From NCBI GenBank assembly GCA_035193785.1, contig CP136572.1:3956578-4020577 (forward strand): a DNA stretch of 64,000 nucleotides. The letters run 5' to 3'. The notes under the pieces were generated by a model that saw only the letters and a list, made by a program, of their open reading frames with translations, was not told the DNA's origin and did no database searches. Of the stretch, positions 33,733 through 46,007 are shown piece after piece (position 1 is the first letter of the stretch; each line of letters begins with the position of its first letter). The position numbers were made by a program, and so were the translations under genes. Source of the DNA: Planktothrix sp. GU0601_MAG3 (GTDB taxonomy: Bacteria > Cyanobacteriota > Cyanobacteriia > Cyanobacteriales > Microcoleaceae).

Positions 33733-33826
33733 CCGTTTGAACTGGATTTTTTCGTTATAGTAGTCGCTAATTCATAATTCATAATTCATAATTCATAATT
33801 CGTAATTCGTAATTCGTAATTCGTAA

Positions 33827-34511
33827 TTAAAATACAGGCCATCCTAAACGGGTGGGTTGCTGATAAATCCGTTTTAAAGTATTAATATCCCTAGCAGAAA
33901 TGGGCGGAGGTTCTCGAACTTGGGAAAAATACATGACGTCCGTGGGTTCAGGACTATGACCCCAAATTCCCAAAGCATGACCAAATTCATGCAGGACGGC
34001 GGCTTGAATATATTTTCCGGTTTGGGTGGGACTTAACCAAATCGTAAAGCGGTGGGATAAATAGGGAAACCCTTGGGGGGTATATTTAACCGAAACTTGA
34101 TAACGGGTTTCTGCGGAAACTAGCGCGTTGTTTCTGGGGGTCTAGGGGAGGATTTTTTCTGATAATTTCAATATCGGCATTTTCCGGTTCTTCAACAAGA
34201 TTTAAAGGCAAATAATTATCCCATTTAAAAATAGCAGATATAATACTTTCCTTCCAGTTTTGATCGGAAACGGGATTTTCAATATAAACTTTGATCGGAA
34301 AGTTTGAAAAAACTAAATGACCAAAATTAGGGGCTGCAATTTTATCAAAATAATCGCCTTGATTGTTGGGATCTTTCCAATGTTCTAAACGTTCTGGTAA
34401 AGGGTGAGGTTGAAATGGAATTTTATCATCGGTTGCAATAGTTGAGATTTGAATGATTAAAACTATAAAAAAGGTTGTTACAACCAGCCCTATTAAAGAA
34501 TGAATCCTCAT
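33827..34511 (-). CDS. Matrixin/M10-like zinc metallopeptidase
   Basis: AAVLHEFGHALGIWGHS (HExxHxxGxxH) and Met-turn DVMY; N-terminal anchor. Extra base at ~34118. Confidence 0.85.
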
Positions 34512-34889
34512 TTTAATCAGTAATTGAGTTGTGCTGCTTATGTTACTGATGGTAAATTAGACATATTGCCGTTATATCAGATTATATGTCTAAGTTTGTG
34601 TAATCTTGTCTAATTTTTTACTTTCTGTTAAAAACCCCAACTGGGGATGAACAGTGCTAGAATGCGGGCAAGAACTGAGTTTAAAATTTTATGCCCGTCC
34701 ACAGTATCATATTTTACCAAAATTTAAAGCAAAAAAGTGTTATACAGATCCTTAGAATCGAGTCCCAATCAAGTTCCTAGATTCTTAGCCTCTCAACCCA
34801 CTTGTATTAATTGAATCCCAATTCACCATCTTCTTTTGTGCTAATCCCCACCCAATATAATTGGTAGTTATCCCAGGTTACTTCAAGGT

Positions 34890-36831
34890 ATGTCTCCATC
34901 TCCCAGTTTTAAGGAAAATCAACGATTAGAAGCACTTTATCATTACAACATCCTAGATACGGCTTCTGAAGCAGCATTTGACCGAATTACACTTTTAGCC
35001 TCTCGGTTGCTAGGAGTTCCGATTTCCTTGGTTAGTTTAGTTGATCAGGAGCGAATTTGGTTTAAATCTCGCCACGGACTTGATTGTCCTCAAGTTGATC
35101 GAGAAGGCAGCTTCTGCGGTTTTGCCATGTATAATCAGGATGTTTACTGCATCAATGACACCCTCATCGATCCCCAATGGTGTGCTCATCCCTTAGTCAC
35201 GGGAGAGTTTGGTCTACGGTTTTATGCGGCGGCTCCTTTGTGTACGTCCAATGGACAACGCTTAGGAACCCTTTGTGTGATGGATCATCACCCCCATGAA
35301 TTAAGTGAATTGGAAGTGCAAACCCTGCAATCTCTGGGGGAATTGGTGATAGAAACAGTTGGATTTGCGTCTGGCGTCCCAACGGTTACAGCAAACGGAA
35401 ATCGCCCTGATGCAAAGTGAAACCCGTTTTCGGGCGTTAGTGGAACAGGCGGCGGATGGATTTCTGTTGCATGATTTTGATGGTCGGATTTTGGATGTGA
35501 ATGAATTTGCTTGTCAAAGTTTGGGCTATACCAGAAAGGAACTTTTAAGTTTATCTATTCAACAGATAGAAGTTGATCCGTTTCCGCTAATATTTTTTCA
35601 AAGTTTAGTCCAGGGTCAACCTATCACACTACAAAGAATTTACCGTCGCCAAGATCAAACTACTTTTCCGGTGGAAGTGCGCCTGGGATTAATTCAAGTT
35701 GGGGAACAACAATTAATTCATACTTTAGCGCGGGATATTAGCGCTCGCTTGGAAATTGAACAACAACTCAAACAGCAAGCGGAACGAGAACGACTGAATA
35801 CCCAACTCACCCAACGCATACACGAATCCCTAGAATTAAGTCAAATTCTCAATACTACCGTTACGGAAGTTCGTCAGGCTCTACAGAATGAACGGGTGAT
35901 TATTTTTCGTTTTGATGGGGATAAAGAGGGAGAAGTCCTAACAGAATCCTGTGTTCAGGGGTGTTCCTCTCTGTTAGGTAATCGGTATCAAGATTGTTGC
36001 ATCAAGAGTCTGGAAAAGACCGATCAAGTTAAGTCCGTTGCTGATATTTGCACGGATAATTTAAGTCGTTGTCATCAAGAACTATTGATTGAACTTCAAA
36101 TTCGAGCTTATTTAGTCACTCCGATTTTGCATGGACAGAAAATGTGGGGGTTGCTAGTCGCTCATCAATGTTCTAGTCCCCGAAAATGGCAGGTTTGGGA
36201 ACAGGAATTATTGGTTTCTTTAGCTGCACAACTGGCGATCGCTATTCAACAATCAGAACTTTATCATCAGTTAGAAATTGTCAATCATGAATTAAAATAT
36301 TTGGCAAATTTTGATAGTTTAACCGGAATTGCTAACCGTCGTTATTTTGATGAATATTTACAAATGCAATGGTATCAATTATCTCAAGAACAAGCCCCTT
36401 TATCCGTGATTCTCTGCGATTTAGATTTCTTTAAACCCTATAACGATACCTATGGACATTTAGCCGGGGATCGGGCTTTGCGAGAGGTAGCCCAGGCTAT
36501 TTGTAAAGCTATGAGATATCCTACGGATCTCGTCGCCCGATATGGGGGAGAAGAATTCGCCATTGTTTTACCCAAAACCGGGGTAGCGGAAGCTATTTTA
36601 ATCGCCCAAAATATTCAAACCCAGATTGAAAAATTGCAGATTATTCACTCGGGTTCATCGGTGGGTTATTATATGACCTGTAGCTTAGGAATTGGCATGG
36701 TTATTCCCTCTAAAAAGATTAATTCTAAACAGTTGATCGAGATCGCGGATCAAGGACTCTATCAAGCTAAAGCTCAAGGACGCAATCAATATGTTGTGTC
36801 TTCATTATCCCATTCTATGTTGTTAAATTAG
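34890..36831 (+). CDS. GAF-PAS-GAF(CBCR-like)-GGDEF diguanylate cyclase
   Basis: ARYGGEEF; second GAF has QDCCI and SRCH. Extra A at ~35354. Confidence 0.88.
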
Positions 36832-36846
36832 GCTTGACCTTGTTTT

Positions 36847-36990
36847 TCCTATTCCCTATTCCCTATTCCCTATTCCCTATTCCCTATTACCTATTCCCTA
36901 TTCCCTATTACCTATTCCCTATTCCCTATTACCTATTACCTATTACCTATTACCTATTACCTATTACCTATTCCCTGTTCCCTGTTCCCT
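36847..36990. repeat. Heptamer repeats (CCCTATT/ACCTATT)n
   Basis: About 20 tandem units visible. Confidence 0.9.
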
Positions 36991-37589
36991 TAGCATTGCT
37001 ATAGTTCATTAATATTTCTCCGGCTTCATCCAAATCTTTTCCAAAGGTTAAAAATCCATCTTTGTGTCCAGCCATCACTAATATTTTTTTCTGAATTAAA
37101 TTTTCTTGATCAAACAATCTAAACATTTCCTTTGCCATTTCTGGGGTTCCATATTGAACTTGTTTATGGGTAGTCGGAACTTGATATAATAGATTTTGCC
37201 AAAGTTGCGGGTGATGAACATGAATAATGGCATTAATCTGGGGTTGATAACTATAAATTGCAGCATGGGTTAGGGATTCAGAGGAGGCTTGAATCGGCCC
37301 GCAACAGGTGAGATGATTGTGTTCAATATCAAAATCCGTAACAACGGTATAATGTTCGGGTTTCTAATTCAGCTAAATGTCCGGTTTGACTCCCGGAAAT
37401 AATAAATTGTAAAGTATGAGGAATACGGATACTGATATTTCCAAATCCAATACCATTTTCATAAACTCCAATTAATCCTAATTTATGAATGCGATTCCGC
37501 CATTGGATTAAAGATTTGATCGATTCAAGGGCAACGGTTTCCCCCAAAACCCATTCACAGGAATATTTGACGACGCCTTCATCAATCAT
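36968..37589 (-). CDS. Class II aldolase/adducin family protein
   Basis: GIGFGNIS, FIISGSQTG, ASSESLTHAAIY, IIHVH and AGHKDG. Extra base at ~37361. Confidence 0.85.
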
Positions 37590-38100
37590 TGTCCACCTTT
37601 GAAACTGTAACTTGCCTGATTATTTTACGATAATTGTTACCAGGAGTCAGAATACACTCAGTGATTTTAAAGTAAATATACCAATAATATGTAATTATAT
37701 AACAAAATTTTCAACTAAAGTGGCTCTTCATCAAATCTTTACATAAATTCCCATAAAGTTTTACGGAAAAAAGTTAGCTAAAATGCCGGATTTCGTTGTA
37801 GAATCGTAGTATTCGTGACGGCTTTCCTCTACTTAATATAACTACCAAGTTGTGGCTGCCCTTAATCGATTAGCTACACTAATAGGTTGGTAAGAAATAG
37901 GGCTAAGTCTCTAAATCAAAGAAACAGGCAGCAAAGTGCAAGAAAATTTAAAAGCAACACAAGTTAACAACTCCATCGTTTCACCATCGGGTCGTAGCCG
38001 ATAGCGGAGTCGGGTATTGTGGTATGCTTTTAACTCAGCTATCAGCTATCGCCAAATTGAGCTAATCCAACTATTTTTTGAGACAGGACAAAAAACCCCT

Positions 38101-39298
38101 ATGGATGACGAAATTAATATCCTCAATGTGCGCATTCATAACATTACTATCATCGAGCTTCTGGAACGACTGGGTTTCCGAAGGTGGTACCGTAGTTACG
38201 CCCAATGTTGATCACTTGATGAAACTGCAAAAAGATCCGGAATTCTACGAGATCTATAAGGGCTCAACCTACCGGGTTTGTGATAGTAAAATCCTAATCT
38301 ATGCGTCTAAATTTTTGGGACAGCCCATCAAAGAAAAAATTTCAGGGTCGGATTTATTTCCGGCATTCTACGATTACTATAAAGACAATGAAGCAATGAC
38401 CATCTTTTTGATGGGAGCCGCCGAAGGAGTGGCGAAACGCGCTCAGGAAAAAATTAATGCCAAAGTTGGTAGAGACATGATTATCGAGTCCTATTCTCCT
38501 TCCTTTGGGTTTGAGAAAGATGAGGTAGAATGCCAACGGATTGTCACTCGCATTAATGAGTCTGGAGCTACCGTATTAGCCATTGGTGTCGGTGCCCCCA
38601 AACAAGAAAAATGGATTGCTAAGTACCGAAATCAACTCAAAAACGTCAAAGTTTTTCTGGCGATTGGTGCAACAATTGACTTTGAAGCCGGAGAGAAAAA
38701 ACGCTCTCCCCAGTGGATGAGTGATTGGGGAATCGAGTGGTTATACCGCCTGTTTTCAGAACCCAAACGGATGTGGAAGCGGTATCTGGTTGAGGATGTT
38801 CCTTTTTTCTGGTTACTGCTATTACAAAAGTTAAAACTTTATAACCCTCCGTTTTCCACCCGACAAGAATTTGTCAATTGGGAATCTCCCCGCCTAGGAC
38901 AATTGCTCAGTAAAGCAGGTTTATTATCTGCTCAACAAGTGGAGAAGGTATTAGAATTACAAAATAAACAACCGGAAAAACGCTTTGGTGCTTTTGTCGT
39001 AGAGTTAGGATGGCTGGAACAGGAAACCGTCGATTTTTTTGCCGACTTCCTACCCGAATTGGGACTTTCTAAACATCGACATCCTTTAGGTTACTATCTC
39101 TATAAAGCTAAATTGCTAGATGAAGCCCAAATAGACTCAATCCTAGAAGAACAAGGTCAATTGAAGTTGCGATTTGGAGAAGTTGCGGTGATGAAAGGTT
39201 GGGTAAAACAGCAAACCTTGGATACGGTTTTAGATTACTTAACTGAAGAATTAAATGATAGTTCCACCGAAGAATTAAATGATAGTTCTGTCGCCTAA
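38101..39298 (+). CDS. WecB/TagA/CpsF glycosyltransferase with C-terminal MshEN-like repeats
   Basis: VVTPNVDH, GSDLF, GVGAPKQEKWI and EWLYRL; C-terminal RLGQLLSKAGLL. Extra T at ~38176. Confidence 0.85.
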
Positions 39299-39508
39299 AA
39301 ATCAAAGTTTTTATTTTTTCCTTTCGACTCGTCAAGATGATTTAATCTTCATCTCGGCGAGTCAATCACGGATTTAAGAGGATTTCACGGATTTCACGGA
39401 TTTTAATTTGTGTTAATCTGCGTAATCCCCAAAACCCATTACCCAAAACCCATTACCCATTACCCATTACCTATTACCCATTACCCATTACCCATTACCC
39501 ATTACCTA

Positions 39509-40667
39509 TTACCCATTACCTATTCGTAATTCGTAATTATAAAGTGTATCCCGTTGTCGATAGGGACGTCCCAGGGAAGCGATCACTTTTTTCAAAGTTT
39601 CGGGTTCCATGCAAGTGCCACCTTTAGCACCCGCCATGGTAGTAATGTGTTCCTCCATTAATGTACCACCGATATCATTACAACCCCATCGCAGTGCTTC
39701 CGTCGCCCCTTCTAACCCTAACTTCACCCAACTGGGTTGGTGATTAGAAATCCAGTTTCCCAGAAAAATTCGAGCCACCGCCGTTAATAACAAGGTATCG
39801 GCTAAAATAGGTTGATCCCGTCCCACCCGTCGCCGCAAAGCGGCTGGAGCCATTTCTCCCACAAACGGTAAAACAATAAATTCCGTAATTCTAGCGGGAT
39901 AATTCTGGGCCTTTTGTTGTAGCGATCGCAACTGATCTAAATGGTGCATTTGCTGTTGGGGTGTTTCAATATGACCCGACAACATCGTACTTGTGGTCGG
40001 AAACCCCCAAACGATGGGCTGTTTCGACAATTTCTAACCAAGTGGCGGTATTGATTTTTTCAGGACAAATAATATTGCGGACTGAATCTGCTAGAATTTC
40101 CGCAGCCGTTCCCGGCATCGAACCCACTCCCCCATCTTTTAAGGCCATAATCACATCCGCATAACTAAGATGATCTTCTCGGGCGATAAATTGGACTTCT
40201 TGGGGTGAAAATCCATGAAAATGCAGGTGAGGAAATTCAGTCTTAATGGCTTGGACTAAATTCAAATAATAGGGTAAGGATTTTCCTTGAATTTTTGCTT
40301 CTAAGTTTAACCCCCCCTGCATACAAATTTCCGTCGCCCCTCTGGAAACTGCATCGGCTGTTTTTTCCAAAATTTGCTCAATTTCTAACCAAAAAGCTCC
40401 CTCCTCCCCCGCATCTCGACGAAAGGCACAAAAGCTGCAATGCTGTTCACAAATATTTGTAAAATTGATATTGCGATTAATAATATAAGTCACCGTCTCC
40501 CCGGCTTGTTGCGATCGCAAACTATCACTCACCACCCGAATATTCTCCAGAATAGCTGGATCAGTTTGTTCGAGCAAAATCACCCCCTCCTCTGGGGATA
40601 AATCATTACCTGCTATAGCACGGTTAAGAATGGTATCAACAGTTAAATTTAGGAGCATTTTGATCAA
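39509..40667 (-). CDS. cofH: FO synthase subunit CofH (radical SAM)
   Basis: [33 protein letters not shown] and [14 protein letters not shown]. Extra base at ~40001. Confidence 0.92.
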
Positions 40668-40782
40668 TATTAAATAGAGGTGAACCTAATTATGGGTGGA
40701 ATAGGAGAAACCACCGAAGATCAATCCTTTGTATTTCCCCTGTTTTTCCTGTCATATCCAGTGTTTATTCTTAAATATTGCC

Positions 40783-42012
40783 ATGAACAATTCGTTATTT
40801 TTTCAAAACCGGTTATTTTTATTAAAACCCCTAGGTATTTTAACGGCTAGTGCTAGGGTATTGCCCGTTTCCCTCGGTTTAGTCATCAGTTGGTTTTTGC
40901 TCCATACACCCCCTTTAAATTTTATCGGGGAACAATCAACAATAATTCTAGCTCAAACTCCAGAAAAACCCGATCTTAATGCTTTATTTCAAAGCGGGGT
41001 TGAACAATTTCGCCAAGGATTATTTTCCGAAGCCTTAGCCACATTTCAAACGGTTTTGGAACAACAACAAAAACAAGGAAAACCGGAAGAAATAGCCGAA
41101 ACCCTGACTTATATTGGAGAAGTTTATAGCAATTTAGGCAACGATACAGAAGCCTTAAAAGTCCTAGAAAAAGCTCTCACGTCCTATCGACAATTAAATC
41201 AACAGGCGGAAAACAAAAATCCAGAGTATCAAATTGGAATCAGTCGGAGTTTAAATTTAATCGGATTTTCCTATCGCAATCAAAACAAAATCTCAGAAGC
41301 CTTGAAACTCCATCAGGAAGCTTTACAAATTGCTAAGTCTATTAATGATCGACCAAATATTGCCGAAGCCTTACATAATTTAGCCTCCGATTATACCAGT
41401 TTAAAACAATATGATCAAGCCTTAAAATTCTATCAAGAAGCTCGAAAAGTGCGGGAAGAAGTGGGGGACAAACGGGATCTGAGTCGCACTTTAAATAATT
41501 TAGGGGCGTTATATTTAGTTCAAGGAGATACCCAAAAAGCCTTAGAAATCTATCAACAAGCCCTAGCCCTGCGACGTCAAATTGGCGATCAAGCTGGAGT
41601 CGGACGACTATTAGGTAATATGGCGTTATTATATCGTCAATTGGGGGATGATACCCAGGCTTTAGTGTATTTAAAACAAGCGTCAGAATTTATGACTCGA
41701 ATTGCGGATCATGCTGGGGCGGCAAAAATTTATAATTTAATCGGAGAAATTCAGGAAAAATTAAAACAACCGGAGCAGGCTTTAAGCTCCTATCAAAAAG
41801 CGATTGAACTGGCAAAATTAGCCAATGATCAAACCAATTTAAGCAGCGCTTTGAATAATTTAGCAACGCTTTATTATGCTCAAGGGGAATATTCCCAAGC
41901 TCTCCAAACCTGGAAAGAAGCCTTAGCTATTCTGGAAAAAACCGGAAATCAAAAAGCAGCCCAGGAAACCCAACTCAGAATTGAGGAATTAGAGAAAAAA
42001 CAGGGGGGTTAG
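40783..42012 (+). CDS. TPR repeat protein with N-terminal anchor/signal
   Basis: Repeated ~40-aa TPR units (LNNLG.LY..QG..Q.AL..YQ.AL). Confidence 0.85.
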   Translation: MNNSLFFQNRLFLLKPLGILTASARVLPVSLGLVISWFLLHTPPLNFIGEQSTIILAQTPEKPDLNALFQSGVEQFRQGLFSEALATFQTVLEQQQKQGKPEEIAETLTYIGEVYSNLGNDTEALKVLEKALTSYRQLNQQAENKNPEYQIGISRSLNLIGFSYRNQNKISEALKLHQEALQIAKSINDRPNIAEALHNLASDYTSLKQYDQALKFYQEARKVREEVGDKRDLSRTLNNLGALYLVQGDTQKALEIYQQALALRRQIGDQAGVGRLLGNMALLYRQLGDDTQALVYLKQASEFMTRIADHAGAAKIYNLIGEIQEKLKQPEQALSSYQKAIELAKLANDQTNLSSALNNLATLYYAQGEYSQALQTWKEALAILEKTGNQKAAQETQLRIEELEKKQGG

Positions 42013-42095
42013 ATATAGAAAATCATCCCCTATCTTGTAGCTCATTGAAAATATCAAAAACCACTGAAGAAGCCCTGAAGGGCTTACTACGGGGG

Positions 42096-43257
42096 TTAAT
42101 GATCGGAACGTTTGTCGATTTCATCGTCCTCTAGGGTTGCTGACGCATCCGTTGAGGTGAGCCAAAATTCAAACTCATCCGCAAACCGACCATTTAAAAT
42201 CGACTCTCGAATGCGTTGGGTAAACCGAATTAATTCGGTAACATTATGAATGGCAATTAAGGTATAACTCAAAACTTCCTTCGCCCGTACCAAATGACTC
42301 AGATAAGCTCGACTAAAATTTTGGCAGGTATAACAGGGACAAGTGGCATCTAAGGGTTGATAATCCTCCCGAAATTGAGCATTTTTTAAATTCCATCGTT
42401 CTCCTTGAACCAACGCCGCCCCGTGACGTCCTAAACGAGTGGGAATCACACAATCAAATAAATCCACCCCGGCGGCGATCGCTTGGGCCATTTCTCGATA
42501 GGTTCCGATGCCCATGAGATAACGGGGTTTATTAAACGGTAAAATTGGGGTGGTCACCTGAACAATCTTTTCAATTAAAGCCGAAGGTTTCCCCCACACT
42601 TACCCCACCAATAGCGTATCCGGGGAGATCAAATTCTACTAAATCTCGGGCCGCCTGCTGTCGTAAATCCGCATGAACGCCCCCCTGAACAATCCCAAAT
42701 AATGCTTGGTCAGGCCGTTTATGGGCTTTTATACAGCGTTCTAACCAGCGTTTTGTTCTTTCCGTCGCCTTAACGACCGCCTCCCGCGTCGCCGGATAGG
42801 GGGGACATTCATCAAAGGCCATAATCACATCCGCCCCTAATTCGTTTTGAATTTGGATTGAAAGTTCTGGGGTAAAGTGAATCAGTCGTCCATCATGGGG
42901 GGAACGAAAGGTAACACCTTCTTCGTTAATGGTGTTGATTTTACTTAAACTAAATACTTGAAAACCCCCGGAGTCCGTCAGCATTGGGCCATCCCAGCCC
43001 ATAAACCGATGGAGCCCCCCCGCCCCGGCCACAATCTTTTCCCCGGGTTGTAAATGCAGGTGATAGGTATTGGATAACACCATCTGGGCGCCCGCATCCT
43101 TGAGATGTGCTGGAGTCAGGGTTTTGACATTGGCGAGGGTTCCCACAGGCATAAATCGCGGGGTTTCTACCCAACCATGGGGAGTATGAAATAAGCCGAC
43201 ACGGGCTTTAGTTTGACTACAGCACGCCTGAACTTCAAAGGAAAAAGGATGTGACAT
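42096..43257 (-). CDS. tgt: Queuine tRNA-ribosyltransferase
   Basis: [33 protein letters not shown] and CPCYTC. Extra base at ~42589. Confidence 0.95.
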
Positions 43258-43283
43258 AAAACAATAGAAAACTGCTTAATTAC

Positions 43284-43736
43284 TTAGAATGGGCAGTCTT
43301 CATCATCTAGGGGATTTTCCCAATTTGATGACAAAACTTGATCCATGACTGCATCAAGAGCCGCTGCATTAAAGTTACGATTAAATTGTTCTTGTAAGGG
43401 ATTTGTTAGGGGAATTAATCGTAATAATCTCCCGCCTTCTTGAACTAGATCAAAATAAGTTTCCTGCTCAGGAGATTGTTTGAGTTCTAAGTAATCGAAA
43501 CTATAAACATTCAAATATAATGAATGATTGGCAACTAGAGTCGCCTGTTGTGGATTAGCAAAAACTTCTAGGATGTATCCTTCTGCTTCGCTGCATACTT
43601 GTCCGTCTTGAATATTAAGATAACGAACACGACCCAAATCAACAAGCAGTTTTTGCATATCCCGCTTATTAACAATGATCCCCGTATCAATAATGCAAGG
43701 AGCAGACACCCTGTAGTCTAGTTGATCATAACTCAT
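43284..43736 (-). CDS. Hypothetical protein, probably conserved in cyanobacteria
   Basis: Clean 150-aa ORF with host-like composition; function not recognised. Confidence 0.7.
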   Translation of the reverse strand: MSYDQLDYRVSAPCIIDTGIIVNKRDMQKLLVDLGRVRYLNIQDGQVCSEAEGYILEVFANPQQATLVANHSLYLNVYSFDYLELKQSPEQETYFDLVQEGGRLLRLIPLTNPLQEQFNRNFNAAALDAVMDQVLSSNWENPLDDEDCPF

Positions 43737-44118
43737 GGAACAAAAGCCTCAGATCTAATCTGTGAATTACAGAATGGCAATGATTCTGTTGAATGAAATT
43801 TGTAGTTGTGAAGTTTTCCTATCCAGAGGTCTTGAGAAATTGTAAACAGAGGCACCTGGCCATACAGGTAGCTAACGACCATACACCTGTTAATGGGGAA
43901 ACCTTCAATCTCTTGTTCCTCTATTCCTTCTCTAATCTTTGATCATTGAAAGCAATCAAAAAAGGATGGATTTGTTTTCGGATCGGTGATTTAACAACCC
44001 TGGAGTTGGTAAACTCCCCTCAAAGTGTTTTGACTTTCAGACAAAACCTGAGTTGTTATTTCAATTCTGGCATAACCTAGAAAATATTTATACATCTATG
44101 GCAATTTAATTTTTTACC

Positions 44119-44925
44119 ATGTCAGATGATTACTCTCGATCTCCCTCCAAATTCTTCCGGCGACAGGGGGCCGCCCTAGCTGCCGCGATCGCTTTTTATA
44201 CCTGTTTTCCCCTACCCCTCTCTTGGACGTTGGAGTTTCGGGGTATCGCCCGTTTAGCCCCAGTGGTGGGGATATTGATTGGGGGGATTTTAGGATTGAT
44301 GGATGGGGGATTATCCCTGTTAGGGTGTCCGGTCTTGACTCGCTCGGTATTAGTGATTATCACCGGAATTGGAATTACCGGAGGATTGCATTTAGATGGG
44401 GCGATGGATGCGGCCGATGGTTTGGCTGTGGCTGACCCAAATCGACGGCTGGAAGTGATGGCGGATAGCGTTACGGGAGCCTTTGGGGTGATGGCCGCGA
44501 TCGCGATCGTTTTATTGAAGGTGGCGGCTTTACAGGATGTGACGGCTGACCGGGGATTAATTTTAATGGCCGTAGCGGGTTGGGGACGGTGGGGACAGTT
44601 AGTAGCGATCGCCCGTTATCCCTATTTGAAAGCTACAGGAAAGGGAGCTTTTCATAAAGATACCCCCTATTCTTCCTGGGATTTAATTCCGGGTGTGCTG
44701 TTACTGACGGCTTTAAGTGGGGTTTTAGTGATTCTCCATCCCCAACGTTGGTTGGTAGCCGTGGGCATGGCCTTGGGGGGAAGTGCGATCGCTATTTTAA
44801 TCGGCGCTTGGTTTAACGCCCGTCTGGGAGGACACACCGGAGATACCTATGGGGCCGTGGTTGAATGGACGGAGGCCTTTTTATTAGTGTTGGTTGTGGC
44901 ACTTCAGGGGGAGCAGGGGAGGTAG
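44119..44925 (+). CDS. cobS: Adenosylcobinamide-GDP ribazoletransferase
   Basis: [25 protein letters not shown] and [11 protein letters not shown]. Confidence 0.93.
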   Translation: MSDDYSRSPSKFFRRQGAALAAAIAFYTCFPLPLSWTLEFRGIARLAPVVGILIGGILGLMDGGLSLLGCPVLTRSVLVIITGIGITGGLHLDGAMDAADGLAVADPNRRLEVMADSVTGAFGVMAAIAIVLLKVAALQDVTADRGLILMAVAGWGRWGQLVAIARYPYLKATGKGAFHKDTPYSSWDLIPGVLLLTALSGVLVILHPQRWLVAVGMALGGSAIAILIGAWFNARLGGHTGDTYGAVVEWTEAFLLVLVVALQGEQGR

Positions 44926-45137
44926 GGGAGCAGGGGAGGTAGGGGGAGCAGGGGGAGCAGGGGAGGCAGGGGAGGTAGGGGAGCAGGGGAGGTAAACTTT
45001 TGCTATTACCCATTCGTAATTCGTAATTCGTAATTCGTAATTTACTATTACCCATTCGTAATTCGTAATTCGTAATTTACTATTCCCCATTCGTAATTCG
45101 TAATTCGTAATTCGTAATTCCCTATTACCCATTACCT
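44907..45137. repeat. G-rich nonamer repeat plus (AATTCGT)n arrays between convergent genes
   Basis: Directly visible; produces spurious ORFs 44813..45055 and 44884..45132. Confidence 0.9.
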
Positions 45138-45853
45138 ATTCTATTTTTTCGATACCATTGAGCTAATTTTGTTGGGGAAATTCTTAGGTAATATCCGATA
45201 ACCATACACTGATTTATAAGTGTAGTTTTTAATATGCCTAACTTTTGCCACCGTCGTCCTGATGTAATCACAGAACTCGATAAAATCTCAATTTTCCCTA
45301 GACGATTTAAACGACGGATAAATTCAAAATCCTCCATGATCGGTTGTTCAGGAAATCCACCTATCTCCCAAAAAGTGGTGGCTTTGAGAAAAATAGCCTG
45401 ATCTCCGTAGGGCATTTGTAAATATTTTGAACGCCAGAATACGGTGGTTTCAATAAATCTTAAACTCCAATTTATAGCTTTAATTTTTAATTGAAATGCT
45501 CCGGCAATTATATTAGAATTGTTAAAGGTTTTTCGGATTTCTGTTTCAAATCCTTGAGGGAGTTGGGTATCTCCATGCAGAAATAATAAAATCTCCCCCG
45601 TGGCTATTTTTGCCCCCGTGTTCATTTGCAGTGCCCGTCCTCGATTTGTCAATATCACTTTCACCCCCAAACCTTGAGCTATTTGAACAGTATTATCCTG
45701 ACTTCCGCCATCAACAATAATGATTTCTATATTTTCTGCCCGTTGAATTGTAGAAGTTACCAAACCAATATTTTCCGCTTCATTTAAAACCGGAATAATT
45801 ATGGAAATTTTAGCAGATTCAGAATTAAAATTCATCAAGGTATTATTCAGCAA
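45125..45853 (-). CDS. GT2 glycosyltransferase (TIGR04283-like)
   Basis: ISIIIPVLNE, VDGGSQD, GRALQMNTGA, LFLHGD, PYGDQAIF and TSGRRW. Confidence 0.88.
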   Translation of the reverse strand: MLNNTLMNFNSESAKISIIIPVLNEAENIGLVTSTIQRAENIEIIIVDGGSQDNTVQIAQGLGVKVILTNRGRALQMNTGAKIATGEILLFLHGDTQLPQGFETEIRKTFNNSNIIAGAFQLKIKAINWSLRFIETTVFWRSKYLQMPYGDQAIFLKATTFWEIGGFPEQPIMEDFEFIRRLNRLGKIEILSSSVITSGRRWQKLGILKTTLINQCMVIGYYLRISPTKLAQWYRKNRIGNG

Positions 45854-46007
45854 ATCATGTCAATTGATCAAATCCTTGATAATTTATCACATTTTCTGAG
45901 ATAATAATAACGATATAAAAAATGGGTTATATCAGCGAGTAACAACACTACAAAAAACGTCGTTGAACCGTTGGAACAAAACCCGCAACCCTGAAGAGGA
46001 ACAATTA

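Noticed and set aside
44813..45132. Track ORFs 44813..45055 and 44884..45132 (also 24485..24670)
   Set aside because: Translations of simple intergenic tandem repeats.
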